This document shows, one piece after another, positions 37,416 to 47,768 of a DNA stretch of 64,000 nt (its first letter is position 1; each line of letters starts with the position of its first letter). The stretch comes from Minisyncoccia bacterium. Lineage in GTDB: Bacteria > Patescibacteriota > Minisyncoccia > Phycocordibacterales > Phycocordibacteraceae. The translations under genes were made by a program, and so were the position numbers. Where the stretch lies: NCBI GenBank assembly GCA_038228545.1, contig JBBRPE010000001.1, positions 46,924 to 110,923 on the forward strand, read 5' to 3'. Below the pieces are notes generated by a model. That model had not been told where the DNA came from and searched no databases. It saw only the letters and a program-made list of their open reading frames with translations.

Positions 37416-40249
37416 TACTTAAAAAGTTTCAGCAGGTCGTCGTACGCGTCAGCGTCGTCTCGCTTTCGTTCCCCCTTGCGCCAAGTACCGCCAACGAGCT
37501 CACCAATGACACTCTCGAGCGTAGACAGTAGTTCTTCGCGTGTTTCATTTGTAAGCGGCACATCATAGTCTTTTACTTCTTCAGTCGTCACCTGCACGAT
37601 AGTCGCCTTTGCTGGCTTGTGGCCATTCTCACGAAGGAGTAGTTCATAAAACGCCAGCTGACGCGGATAGCTTTCGTCTTTCTGGTCTATTTTGCTCGAC
37701 GTCTTGAAGTCGACGATTTCTTCACCGAGAGGCGTTTTGAACACAGCATCTATTTTGCCGTATAGCAGGACTTGGGTTCCGGCGAATTCTTTTGTTACGG
37801 AAAAGGCTTTTTCTACTGCCTCATGCTCTTTAGTAGGAGCGTTCTGAATGAAAGTCATGACGCGTGCGCGAGCATCTTCACATGCGTTGTCATACGCCTT
37901 CGTGCGTTGCAGAAGTGAACGTCTCAAACATACTTCCAGTGCATCGTACGCGCGTCCTTCGTCCTTTGTTTCAAGATATTCAGCAATGCCTGCGTGCACC
38001 GCGCTACCAATAAGCGTCGCGGTTGTTTCCGAATCATGAAGGCGTAGCACGCGTCGTGCAAAGAAGACGGGAGGTGATTCTATATATTCGTTGAGCGCCG
38101 AAGGCGACAAACCTTCTTCAGTGAGGTATCGAAGTACGAGTGCAGTGACAGTCTTAGGAGCATCCACCGTCGTGTGCAGGAGCGGTAGTGGGTCGGCTTC
38201 TGGAGTGATGTTTTCAAGACCTTCAGGTATGAGTGCGGACGGTGGTAAGTCACGCCCTTCTCCGGATTCAAGTGCGTACGAAAGCACGAGCTCATTCTTT
38301 GCGCGCGTTATAGCAACGTAGAAAAGCTTTATAGCGTCTTCTGCAGTACGTGTCTGGTCGACGGGCGATGGAATAGTCGCACCACGACCTCCCTTCTCCC
38401 ACTGGCGAGCGTTGAGGCCGACAACAAATACTCGCTCGAATTCCATACCCTTTGCTTTGTGTGCGGTTATCACCGTGACCAGCCCTTCCTGTTGCGTGGC
38501 AGAAGACTTTACGCTTTCAAGGCCGTGCTCATGCGCCTGCACGAATGACGTCACTACCTCACGGAAGGTTCGGGAGGGGTCGCGTGCCACAATCTCCTCG
38601 ACGTGCATAAAAATCTTGCGCAGGAGTGTGATGTCTTCTAGGTGTTCACCGTGCGAAAGAAAGTAGCCGCGCGCTCCAGTGTCTGCAAGCATACGCGAAA
38701 GTAGAGCGAGAGGTGATTCATCGAGAGCAGCTTTCTGGAGTGCTTCTATGCATGAGGCAATCTGTGGGTAGGTAGTACGAAGTGCATTCCATAATTCCCG
38801 GTCGCGATTTTTAAGGAGCATCTCACTTCGCTCGCTAAGTGACATGTCCCACCACGGTGCAAGTAAAGTCTCGCGGAGAGCCGCGATGTCGAGCGGGTCG
38901 GCTACAGAGCGCATAAGCGCGAGCACCGAGCGCATGAGTGGGCGTGAGGAAAGCATCACGTCACCTGCACGGAGCACCGGAATATTCCGAGCGGCCAAAT
39001 GTTCTGCGAAAAGGTCGGCCGTTCCGTTCCGGCTTGAAATTATTGCTATTTCTTCCGGCTTTGTTCCTTCTGCTATCGCAGTCTCTATCATCTGCGCTAC
39101 CTGGTCGCGCTCTGCGAGCGGGTCAGCTGCAGCAAGGAGTTTTAGGCTCGCCACTCCCGAGCGCGTAGCCACAAGCTTCATATGTTTTCCTGCAGCTGCA
39201 GGCACCGCTTCTATGACGCCATGCGAAATATCGAGTACGTCTTGGAGCGAGCGGTAACTGTCCGTAAGTTGAATGAGTTCCGTACGTGGGAAGTGCTCAG
39301 TAAAGGTTTTGAAGTGTGAAGAGTCAGCCCCTTGGAAGCGATAAATAGCCTGCTTCTCGTCGCCCACAACGAAAATATTTGGGTGCTCGTCATATGCAAG
39401 CGTATCGAGAAGAGCGTGCTGGAGAGCATTCGCGTCCTGATGCTCGTCTGCAAGAATATATTGATACTGCTCCTGTACCATAGCGCGGAGGTCGGCATCC
39501 TGCTTCAGTCCTTCGACAGCTATGTTGAGCACGTCCGCAAAGTCATACACATCGCGCGCATCTTTCAGAGCTTCATACGCTTCAATAAGTCGTGCCGCCT
39601 CGGCAATTTTCTCGAGACGCTCAAGCTTACCGAACCCTTCCGGTTTCATCTCACCTTTCTTTCCATACTTACTGTCGCGAGAGTAGTAGAGCGACTCATC
39701 CGCCCGTATGCGTTCTCCTTCCGTCTCTGCCCATGCTCGATACATATCGAGTGTTATCTGCTCGCGAAGCAAGTCATCGCGAAGCCGAGCAAGGTCACGC
39801 AAATAAAAATACGGAGACTTCGGCGTGCGTAGATGCACCAGGTCCTGCGTCTCGAGTATCTCTCTCCAGAGAAGCGTCGTTTCTACGTCGCCAGCAAGTC
39901 GCTTTCCACGAGACGCTTTAAACGAGTCGGGATACGTAGTGAGAAGATTCTCGGCGAAGCCATGGAAGGTCGAGATGAATACTTCGCGGGAGGGCGCTTC
40001 GCCAATGAGCCCTGCGAGGCGTTTACGTACCGTCCGTGCCGCGGACTCCGTAAACGTAAGCACCAGGATATTGGTCGCGTTCGCCTGGGTCGTTTTAAGG
40101 ATGTTCGCTATGCGAAGGGTGAGAATATGCGTCTTCCCCGTCCCTGGGCCAGCAATGACCAAAACTGGCCCCTCAACGGTATCTACAGCCTTCTTCTGGG
40201 CTGGATTCAGCTTTGCATAGGCCTCCTTAAATGCCTTCTCGTCGGTCAT
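37412..40249 (-). CDS. UvrD/PcrA-family helicase with C-terminal PD-(D/E)xK (RecB/AddA-like) nuclease domain
   Basis: Walker A AGPGTGKTH, helicase motifs, and C-terminal GKIDAVF...IVDFKTS. Confidence 0.85.
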   Translation of the reverse strand: MTDEKAFKEAYAKLNPAQKKAVDTVEGPVLVIAGPGTGKTHILTLRIANILKTTQANATNILVLTFTESAARTVRKRLAGLIGEAPSREVFISTFHGFAENLLTTYPDSFKASRGKRLAGDVETTLLWREILETQDLVHLRTPKSPYFYLRDLARLRDDLLREQITLDMYRAWAETEGERIRADESLYYSRDSKYGKKGEMKPEGFGKLERLEKIAEAARLIEAYEALKDARDVYDFADVLNIAVEGLKQDADLRAMVQEQYQYILADEHQDANALQHALLDTLAYDEHPNIFVVGDEKQAIYRFQGADSSHFKTFTEHFPRTELIQLTDSYRSLQDVLDISHGVIEAVPAAAGKHMKLVATRSGVASLKLLAAADPLAERDQVAQMIETAIAEGTKPEEIAIISSRNGTADLFAEHLAARNIPVLRAGDVMLSSRPLMRSVLALMRSVADPLDIAALRETLLAPWWDMSLSERSEMLLKNRDRELWNALRTTYPQIASCIEALQKAALDESPLALLSRMLADTGARGYFLSHGEHLEDITLLRKIFMHVEEIVARDPSRTFREVVTSFVQAHEHGLESVKSSATQQEGLVTVITAHKAKGMEFERVFVVGLNARQWEKGGRGATIPSPVDQTRTAEDAIKLFYVAITRAKNELVLSYALESGEGRDLPPSALIPEGLENITPEADPLPLLHTTVDAPKTVTALVLRYLTEEGLSPSALNEYIESPPVFFARRVLRLHDSETTATLIGSAVHAGIAEYLETKDEGRAYDALEVCLRRSLLQRTKAYDNACEDARARVMTFIQNAPTKEHEAVEKAFSVTKEFAGTQVLLYGKIDAVFKTPLGEEIVDFKTSSKIDQKDESYPRQLAFYELLLRENGHKPAKATIVQVTTEEVKDYDVPLTNETREELLSTLESVIGELVGGTWRKGERKRDDADAYDDLLKLFKY

Positions 40250-40280
40250 TCCCCTATTCTACCCTGCCTGCCAAAACTCC

Positions 40281-40706
40281 CTATTTTGCCTTCGATGGTA
40301 GGTAAGAAAATCCTATTATAAGGGCACTAAGTGGGAGATATAGCCAGTAACCAATGAAGTCAACGATTCGAACTGGTTCAATGTAGAAGAGTGCCCCATC
40401 AGGAAAAGCAGCACGTCCTAGAAAGAAAAGCCCGATACAGACAGGAATTGCCACGTAACTAAATTTGAGCCAACGTTTAAATCCGATTTCACTGCTGATG
40501 AGAACGAGACCGGCTACTATAAAGAACAGAAAACTTACTTCGGTTAAAGTCCACCCAATTTCAGAAACTGGAGTTGCGCAGAACCAATTTTGGATTTTCG
40601 AATCAATGCATTGCCCAAATTTCGTCGGGTTGCGTAAAAACAAACCGACTGCAAATAATACCCCTGGAAACAAAAAAAGTGATACTTTAACGGGAAGATA
40701 TTTCAT
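40281..40706 (-). CDS. hypothetical four-TM membrane protein
   Basis: 141 aa, hydrophobic. Confidence 0.45.
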   Translation of the reverse strand: MKYLPVKVSLFLFPGVLFAVGLFLRNPTKFGQCIDSKIQNWFCATPVSEIGWTLTEVSFLFFIVAGLVLISSEIGFKRWLKFSYVAIPVCIGLFFLGRAAFPDGALFYIEPVRIVDFIGYWLYLPLSALIIGFSYLPSKAK

Positions 40707-40708
40707 GT

Positions 40709-43702
40709 TTACATCCGAGTTAGGAGTTCTATTAGCTGCGCGCGTTGCTGAATAATTTTAGCATCCGTCTGTGACCATATAAGTTTCTCAAGTGCAATAA
40801 TATACGGTTTTGCTAGTGCAATTATTATCTGCCTCTTCTCTATTTCCTGAAGGGTAAGAAGGAGCAAGGCCTTAATTATAGGAGAGACGGGGAGCGCATT
40901 TATCTTCAACCTCAGTTGCACAATAAGCTGGAATGTAGTTTGCGGTGTAGTGGTCGCCGTACTGCTTGCCGTAAAGTCCACAGTTCCATTCCCATCTTTA
41001 TCGACCAACGGATTCATGGCCACGCCTGATGTATTAACAGTAAATGTCGCAGTTGTTCCTGTCTGCGTATTTATGCCCCCAAACCGTTGCAGGGTCGTTA
41101 TACTCCCATCTTGGTTCAATGGACCGACCTCAAGCGTGGTAGTTCCCGACCCATATCCCGTTGCCTGGACTGATACGCTGACACCCTTAGGTATATACAA
41201 GTACTTCTCGTCGTCATACGAATCCGCATAGCTACCAGGGATATCTTCTACCATTCGGTAGAATTCTGTTGTTCCAGGTATTGAAACAAATCCAGTTTGA
41301 TTTCCCAGGTTATCGGTCGCGACGATATTAACAGGAGAATGTGCGCTAATTGTATACATTAGAGGATTCAATCCCGGAGTAGGTTTAACTGTCTGAATAT
41401 AGGACGATAGGATATCACTTCTTCCAAGTAGCATAGATATCTCATTTTCAACCGGTAGTGCTGAAAGTAGGCTTTGATGCACCACGTTTACATGCCTATC
41501 ACGAAGATAATCCTTTGCATTGAAGAAAAGGGTGTTGGAGGAATTCTGTATGGAGCTTGGGGTAACGACTGTGTCATCACCATCTTCCGTTGTGCTCGCA
41601 ATATGTTGATAATTTATATCGAAGCCGCAAGTAAACCCGAGTACTCCTCCTGAATCGCAATGGAATTGCCCGTTTGTCGTCGTGTACAAGTAGTTCACAG
41701 GAGTTGGCTGACCCCAGCCTGAAAGGCTTATGATCGTAGTGCTTGCCGTGGGGGCCCATGTGTCGAGCTTCGCATGGGTAGTCGCCTCTTTACTAAGTAT
41801 CGTGGCTGAAAGTTTCATTGGCACTTTCAAGTCTGATGTGGAGAGCGTGCTATGGATACCAAGTTTATCTGTGAGGAAATCGACCATTTCTTGATAGGAA
41901 TTTATGCCGTCTGCACCAAATTCAGTCCCATACGGATTTGTAGAATCAGTCGTGGAGAACATTGCAACCGGCGTTGTCACATGACTGAAATACGCTGGCG
42001 ACGGAAGCAAACCGTACATACCAGGCATAGTTGCTGCAACGGCACGCACCGTACCGGAGTACGTTACGATTCCGAGCATGTTTGTCAGGTCGTCACCGTG
42101 AAGCATTTGACCTACAGCTTTTGGCGTCCCAAGCTGTGGAGTGCCTACAAGAACAATCTTGTCCACCAAATTGCTTCTTCCCTCTGCCTCGAGCCTAAGC
42201 ATGAGTGCTTTTGCCAATAGACCACCATTACTGTGAGCAATTATCGTGACCTTGCCCGTTGCAGAACTTGAAGCGAGAGTAGAAACATCCTGATCCAAGT
42301 AATCTCTGGTGTCGTCCTCCCGAAGAACTCCATTCGCAACAATATCAGTGACGTCATATCGCCAGTCATACGGATACGCATACCACCTATTGATGAGCGG
42401 CTGTGTGGAAGTGGCAGTCGAGGAAGCTATCGAGTCCATGTAGGAGATGAACGAATCGTATACGTGGACAGTGTTGAATATTGAACCGATTATCGATCCG
42501 ACATATATATTCGGCTGACTGTTTCCGCTCGCGTCTAAGGCGAGTCCGCCTAGATTCGAATTAAAGATTTGCGAGCCCCACAGGACGGTCTTCGTACCAT
42601 TCGCATTTTTTCGTATGAGCTCGCTAGTGAGGGTTCCGGGAAGAAATAAGACATTCGATCCCGTGGACCCTACTTGCGGCGTTAAGGTGGGGTTTGTAGG
42701 AGCAATAATGTCACACGACGCCGCGTCATAGCAAATGGCGAACGCAGGAATATTGTTTGTGTCGGCTATTGCACTCGATGTTCCAGTATTACTGAGCGCT
42801 CCCCATTGCCACGGGTCACCTTTGTTCGGGTCAATATGAAATTGCTGCATACAGCCTCCCACACTAGTACTGTGAGCTTTCGCAAATCCATCAGGTCGCA
42901 CATCATATCCTGAGTACGCTCCCGGTATAAAGGCATTGATGTGATAGTTAGAACTTGGACAACCCGTTAACCCTTCGAAGAAAACGACTGCGTAATAATC
43001 TCCTGCCGGCAACGAGTTCAGAAGAGAATGCTGAATTGCTATGCCATCAGGTATTCCACCACTTACATAATTTGGTGCCGTGACGATACTCCCACCGATG
43101 GCGTGATCGAGCACAACACCAGTCGGTGGACCTGGTGGCGTTGTAGTACCGGTGTACGAGATACCCGTAAGATTGAAGCCTAAGTCGCCAAGGCCCACAA
43201 CAGTCGCAGTTCCAGACGCGTAGGTATCATTCGCGGAACCATACGGAAGCATCGCGCCCGCCCCATTATTTACGGAGATGCCTGTATGTATGAGGTAGTA
43301 CTTGTTTGGATCCAACTGGTAACCACCTGGAATTGAATACGTAACAGTAGTGTCAGTGTCCACTCCTACTGCGCCAACAGGATTCAATGAAAGTGCTAAA
43401 GTCCCGGTTGTTAGAACACGAACGCACTGTACGTAATTTGCATCATCGCAAGCATCAATTCCGAAGTAGATGTTCGGACCATAATACGGTGAACGATTGA
43501 AACGTATTTGAAAAACCGCTTGCGTGAGATTTCCGCTTATTCCTGTACCCAACTGTTGCGCCCAGTCGCCACTCGTAGAAAGTGGTCCAGGGACGAGCGT
43601 ATCGTAAACAGATTGGATAATATCTGCATGAGCGGGCAGTGGAGAAAAAGCCCCGAATGCGGCGAGGACGGATAGGGCGCCCATGGTGGCGAGACGGCGC
43701 AT
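40709..43702 (-). CDS. large secreted protein with LCAT/PGAP1-like alpha/beta-hydrolase (lipase/acyltransferase) domain
   Basis: Real start MRRLATMGALSVLAAFGAFSPLPAHA (signal peptide) with an aggag RBS. YAYPYDWRYD (LCAT DWR motif) and IIAHSNGGLL nucleophile elbow. The upstream 207 codons of the track ORF were rejected. Confidence 0.65.
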   Translation of the reverse strand: MRRLATMGALSVLAAFGAFSPLPAHADIIQSVYDTLVPGPLSTSGDWAQQLGTGISGNLTQAVFQIRFNRSPYYGPNIYFGIDACDDANYVQCVRVLTTGTLALSLNPVGAVGVDTDTTVTYSIPGGYQLDPNKYYLIHTGISVNNGAGAMLPYGSANDTYASGTATVVGLGDLGFNLTGISYTGTTTPPGPPTGVVLDHAIGGSIVTAPNYVSGGIPDGIAIQHSLLNSLPAGDYYAVVFFEGLTGCPSSNYHINAFIPGAYSGYDVRPDGFAKAHSTSVGGCMQQFHIDPNKGDPWQWGALSNTGTSSAIADTNNIPAFAICYDAASCDIIAPTNPTLTPQVGSTGSNVLFLPGTLTSELIRKNANGTKTVLWGSQIFNSNLGGLALDASGNSQPNIYVGSIIGSIFNTVHVYDSFISYMDSIASSTATSTQPLINRWYAYPYDWRYDVTDIVANGVLREDDTRDYLDQDVSTLASSSATGKVTIIAHSNGGLLAKALMLRLEAEGRSNLVDKIVLVGTPQLGTPKAVGQMLHGDDLTNMLGIVTYSGTVRAVAATMPGMYGLLPSPAYFSHVTTPVAMFSTTDSTNPYGTEFGADGINSYQEMVDFLTDKLGIHSTLSTSDLKVPMKLSATILSKEATTHAKLDTWAPTASTTIISLSGWGQPTPVNYLYTTTNGQFHCDSGGVLGFTCGFDINYQHIASTTEDGDDTVVTPSSIQNSSNTLFFNAKDYLRDRHVNVVHQSLLSALPVENEISMLLGRSDILSSYIQTVKPTPGLNPLMYTISAHSPVNIVATDNLGNQTGFVSIPGTTEFYRMVEDIPGSYADSYDDEKYLYIPKGVSVSVQATGYGSGTTTLEVGPLNQDGSITTLQRFGGINTQTGTTATFTVNTSGVAMNPLVDKDGNGTVDFTASSTATTTPQTTFQLIVQLRLKINALPVSPIIKALLLLTLQEIEKRQIIIALAKPYIIALEKLIWSQTDAKIIQQRAQLIELLTRM

Positions 43703-43987
43703 ACCCCTGTACTCCTGAAGCGTACCACTGGCAGTACATGGTGCAAGCAAGACCGATGTGCGTATACTGGGATAAGTACCACTCCCAAAGCGCTGCGGTA
43801 GACGCGAGTATGGGAAGCGAGGTTGACCACGTGGAAGGATCTTTGCAACTGAGCCGTTGTCTGTGGCCACGGATTGTAACAGCTCTGCGTAGAGCAAAGC
43901 GGCAGCATTGGTGACATGGGTCACCCGCGAGACCGAAGTGCACCGAAGTATCCTCTTAGACCAACGCGACTCGCTACGATTAAAGAA

Positions 43988-44022
43988 GGCCGCCCCAACC
44001 CCGGGGCGGCCATTTCTTTTAT
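43988..44022. terminator. bidirectional intrinsic terminator
   Basis: ggccgcccc-aacccc-ggggcggcc followed by atttctttt. Confidence 0.6.
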
Positions 44023-44045
44023 CCTCGACAAATAGGACCAAAAGC

Positions 44046-44609
44046 TCAGAACACGTAGCTACGTTTGAGTTTAATGCGAAGCTTCTTATGTTCAGGAATA
44101 ACACTCCCAACGAGCGCCCAGAACTTTGCAGAGTGGTTGTGATGCACGGTGTGTGCAAGCTCGTGGACCACCAGATAATCGGTGAGCTCACTCGGCAAAT
44201 GCACGATGCGATAATTAAAAGAAAGATTTCCCTTCTGGGAACAGCTTCCCCATCGACTTTTCTGATTCCGTATTGAAATGCTCCCGTGAGTGAATCCGTG
44301 CGCGGTAGAGAAGTGACGTACACGCTCGATCACAAGCGTACGAGCAGATTTCTGTGCCTCTATGTATGCCTTTGACCCGCGACGCAGTCGCGGGAGCTGT
44401 TCTTTCGGATTCTTCGCCTCCCGTTCTGCACGCTTTTGAAATTTCTTCACTGCGGCTTCTATCCACAGCGATTTTGTCCGTACGAATCGCTCAACTGCCG
44501 CGGTGCTCACAAAGCGTGGCTTCGTAACAACAACTCGTCCGTCCGTATGAATAGTTATCCGCGCGCTAAGCGCCCGTGCGGATTCCTTAATTTCGTAAGT
44601 GTACGCCAC
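44046..44609 (-). CDS. YgjP-like (DUF45/M48-type) zinc metallohydrolase
   Basis: VVHELAHTVHHNHSAKFW. Confidence 0.75.
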   Translation of the reverse strand: MAYTYEIKESARALSARITIHTDGRVVVTKPRFVSTAAVERFVRTKSLWIEAAVKKFQKRAEREAKNPKEQLPRLRRGSKAYIEAQKSARTLVIERVRHFSTAHGFTHGSISIRNQKSRWGSCSQKGNLSFNYRIVHLPSELTDYLVVHELAHTVHHNHSAKFWALVGSVIPEHKKLRIKLKRSYVF

Positions 44610-44684
44610 TCAGCCAGTCTACCCGAGCTTGAGCGTATTGACCTTGTTCCACATCAGCACGAATAATTCGATATACTGAACAAT

Positions 44685-45143
44685 ATGGAAAAGAGGTATT
44701 GGCTCGTAAAGTCTGAGCCCGAGAGCTACGGCATCAAGCATCTGAAAAAAGACAAAAAGACACTGTGGACCGGTGTTCGCAATTACACCGCCCGAAACTT
44801 CATGCAAAGCATGAACCCGAACGACGAAGTCCTGTTCTACCATTCTTCCTGTGCTGTTCCCGGTGTGTACGGCATAGCAAAGGTTGCTTCGTCGCCGTAC
44901 CCGGACGAGACGCAATATGACGAGAAAGGTCATTACTTTGAAAAGCGAGCAACGAAGGAGAAACCGGTCTGGTACCTGGTGGATATAACGTTTGTATCAG
45001 AATGCAAAAAACCCGTCACACTTCCGCAGATACGAGCAACCAAAGCGCTCGCCGGTATGAAAATACTCGAGCCAGGCTCGCGACTATCTGTCACGCCAGT
45101 GACAACTAATGAGTTCGAAATAATTTCAAAGCTTGCCGCCTAA
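44685..45143 (+). CDS. EVE (PUA-like) domain protein
   Basis: YWLVKSEPESY...WTGVRNYTARNFM...DEVLFYHS. Confidence 0.8.
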   Translation: MEKRYWLVKSEPESYGIKHLKKDKKTLWTGVRNYTARNFMQSMNPNDEVLFYHSSCAVPGVYGIAKVASSPYPDETQYDEKGHYFEKRATKEKPVWYLVDITFVSECKKPVTLPQIRATKALAGMKILEPGSRLSVTPVTTNEFEIISKLAA

Positions 45144-45231
45144 CTTGCTATATATAATAAGCGTGGTACTATTCTTTCGAACTGTCAGGAGCACTGCTCC
45201 CCTTCATAAACGCAAACCGAGAGGTACTATC

Positions 45232-45666
45232 ATGATTTCTGTCAGCGCCGCCATTCCCGGACTGTATGCCGACGATCGAGTTCCCCAAGATCCCATCACC
45301 GGCCGCTGGGGTGTGAGCATGCGCGAAACCGAGCTGCATGCGGCCCTGAAGCGCGCTGTGTTCGTGCACTGCATGAACACGAAGGTGGGCATCACTGAGG
45401 ATTTCATCCTCGTCGAGGTCCACCACGTACATGTGGGCAATGCGATGCGGATGACCATCACCGTGGCCGACGACATCGTGGAAGCAGATAAGCCGTGGCG
45501 GCAGAATCTCGCCCGTGCGACCACCATCGCGCTCCAGAAGTTCGCGCCGCCCGAAGGCTCCGACGACGTCGCGATCCAATTCATTCAGAGCATCGACGAC
45601 CACTTCTTCTTCGGCAAGAGCATGGGCGAAGAAAAGCCGCCGGTCAAAAGGACCCGGGCAGCCTAA
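45232..45666 (+). CDS. hypothetical protein, GC3-rich ORFan
   Basis: gagagg RBS. ~60% GC. Confidence 0.4.
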   Translation: MISVSAAIPGLYADDRVPQDPITGRWGVSMRETELHAALKRAVFVHCMNTKVGITEDFILVEVHHVHVGNAMRMTITVADDIVEADKPWRQNLARATTIALQKFAPPEGSDDVAIQFIQSIDDHFFFGKSMGEEKPPVKRTRAA

Positions 45667-45709
45667 AGCGTCCGCACGCATCCACTACTCCTCGCCACAA
45701 GCGAAGAAA

Positions 45710-45738
45710 GGGCGTCCGTAATCCGGACGCCCTTTTGC
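45710..45738 (+). terminator. intrinsic terminator
   Basis: gggcgtccg-taat-ccggacgccc followed by ttttgc. Confidence 0.6.
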
Positions 45739-45800
45739 TATATAAAGTGACAAAGTACACTTTCATGCTATAGTCCACACGGGTAACCAGGGAGGATCCC

Positions 45801-46433
45801 ATGTCAGACACCGATGTGTCGTATGAAAAAATAGACGCGCTGAACCTAGCGGGCGCCGCCCGTTACGCTCAGCTCGTTGCGTCGGGACGTGGCGACTTGC
45901 CTCATCCGGTCGAAGATCTTGAGCTGTTCAGTCGCACCGCCACCGACAGGAATATGTTGGACATTGGTTGCGGCTGGGGACACTACGTTCACAAGTTCAT
46001 CAAAGCAGGTTTCAGCTACGTCGGCGTGGACTCCTCACCGGAGATGCTGCAGGAAGCGCGTAAGCGCAATCCGGACGAACATTTCTACGAGGCCAGCTAT
46101 CTGAATCTCGAAGGCACATTCGCGCCGAATCGCTTCGATGCCATTTGGTCCTGCTGTGCTTTCGGCGGCGAGCCCAAGGCCCGCATGCCGCAGGCGCTTG
46201 CACAGCTCCGGCGCGTGCTCCTTCCCGGCGGCGTTATGGTCATCGTTCTCGCCAACAACGAAAACAGTGAGGAGTGTCTCGCTGAAGGCGCTCACGGCGA
46301 GATGTACTACACGGAGTGGTTTGCGGACGAGTTCAAGCAGACGCTCCAGCACGCCAATTTCGTCGTCGAAAAAGCCTTCAAACGTTTCCGGCACGGTTCG
46401 ATGACCTTCATCGCTCGCAAACCTCCGGACTAG
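45801..46433 (+). CDS. class I SAM-dependent methyltransferase (Methyltransf_11-like)
   Basis: LDIGCGWGHY motif I. Confidence 0.8.
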   Translation: MSDTDVSYEKIDALNLAGAARYAQLVASGRGDLPHPVEDLELFSRTATDRNMLDIGCGWGHYVHKFIKAGFSYVGVDSSPEMLQEARKRNPDEHFYEASYLNLEGTFAPNRFDAIWSCCAFGGEPKARMPQALAQLRRVLLPGGVMVIVLANNENSEECLAEGAHGEMYYTEWFADEFKQTLQHANFVVEKAFKRFRHGSMTFIARKPPD

Positions 46434-46507
46434 TCTGCTAGCAGTACTCCTCTGTTCTTAATCGTTCCTCCTGGCCCATCGCGAAAGCGGTGGGCCTTGA
46501 ATTTTTA

Positions 46508-46533
46508 AACCCCGCCGGAGACGGCGGGGTTTA
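46508..46533. terminator. bidirectional intrinsic terminator
   Basis: aaaccccgccg-gaga-cggcggggttt. Confidence 0.6.
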
Positions 46534-46550
46534 AACTTCTGATATTCAAA

Positions 46551-47399
46551 CTAACGAATCAAAGAATCAATATCAATATGGAGCTGGATAACCCCGCCAT
46601 CTTTTATGGTTATGGTCGTCGGTACTCCTTGTGCTCTCCCAATACTTCCATCGGTAACTGCCATACGCACATAGTAGGTACCTGCCGGAAGTGAGGCAGA
46701 GAAGGTGCCGTCAGCACCGGGAGTGAGCGTGGTCACAAGCGTAGTGCGATTTGCCTGATATATAGCAACTTTACGAGCCGCGAACATAGCCGGTGTCGGT
46801 TTGCAGGGATTAGTCGCATTTTCCACAGGACATGCAGGAGCTATAGTCATGGTCCCTTGGAGCGAACCCATCGCCTCACCCATACCGGGTGCCACCGAGA
46901 AGGTGAAGCGGTAGTCAGCAGCAGTAATGGTCGTTTTTGAATTCTTTGCAGGCGTAACACTCATGAGTGTTACGTGCTTAGAGCCGAAGGATACCGGACT
47001 ACCCATAACGAAGGTCTGCGTACGTACTCCACCATCGCCTTCTATCTTTGCAGTAATAGAGACCGTACCTGCCTGGATACACTGAACGTCCGTCGGACAA
47101 CGGCTGTCGGAAACTACGGAAAGCGGAGTAATGTGAACGCCGTTCGAAAGAATACGCTGGTTGAGCGATGCTGTGGTCGATTCTGTTTCAGGAGGATTCG
47201 GTACCGTAGTGGTTGCCGAAGGTACGTTCGTGACAGGCGCTGGCTGTTCAACGACCGGTGCAGATACGACGTTTGGATGCATAACCGTCCATAGCCCCCA
47301 TCCGGCAATAACAATAACGACGAGTCCCAAGAGGCCTAAAAGCGTGTTGCGAGTATTCATAGTACTAGTATAGACGGACAAGACAGCCCTTTCTGACAA
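46551..47399 (-). CDS. secreted/membrane-anchored hypothetical protein with beta-sandwich (carboxypeptidase-regulatory-like) region
   Basis: N-terminal TM/signal LLGLLGLVVIVIAGWGLW. Thr/Val-rich. Confidence 0.5.
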   Translation of the reverse strand: MSERAVLSVYTSTMNTRNTLLGLLGLVVIVIAGWGLWTVMHPNVVSAPVVEQPAPVTNVPSATTTVPNPPETESTTASLNQRILSNGVHITPLSVVSDSRCPTDVQCIQAGTVSITAKIEGDGGVRTQTFVMGSPVSFGSKHVTLMSVTPAKNSKTTITAADYRFTFSVAPGMGEAMGSLQGTMTIAPACPVENATNPCKPTPAMFAARKVAIYQANRTTLVTTLTPGADGTFSASLPAGTYYVRMAVTDGSIGRAQGVPTTITIKDGGVIQLHIDIDSLIR

Positions 47400-47765
47400 C
47401 TAGTTCCTTGGCTTAGTTTTCACCTTCGGTTTCGCGACTTTCGGTTTTTTGGGTTTTGGAAGCGGCACGTTCGCGGCGGTAATACGGACCAATTCAGCTA
47501 GCCACTCGCGGTTATCAATAAGGTCCGCGTCTATTTCCATCGAGGGCTTCGCGCCCTTATAGGCAGTTCCCTCTTTATACGCATCCCCGACAAATTCCTT
47601 CCCTGGCTCCGTAATTTTCATATACAGTGTGTCGTCACACACAAGCGCCACCACCCGCCCATCGGCATAGAGCGCATACTCCCCAAACATCTTCCGCGCG
47701 GCTACTCCTTGAGCTCCACGGAGCTGGTCGAGGATGTATTCAATGGTCTCCGCTCGTGTTGCCAT
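47400..47765 (-). CDS. TfoX/Sxy N-terminal domain protein (competence regulator-like) with Lys/Pro-rich tail
   Basis: ARKMFGEYALYADGRVVALVCDDTLYMKITE. Confidence 0.7.
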   Translation of the reverse strand: MATRAETIEYILDQLRGAQGVAARKMFGEYALYADGRVVALVCDDTLYMKITEPGKEFVGDAYKEGTAYKGAKPSMEIDADLIDNREWLAELVRITAANVPLPKPKKPKVAKPKVKTKPRN

Positions 47766-47768
47766 ACC

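Noticed and set aside
43703-44323. N-terminal 207 codons of the 1204-aa track ORF 40709-44323
   Set aside because: The sequence looks non-protein-like and overlaps the convergent ygjP-like gene and a terminator. An internal ATG at 43700-43702 has an aggag RBS and a classic signal peptide.
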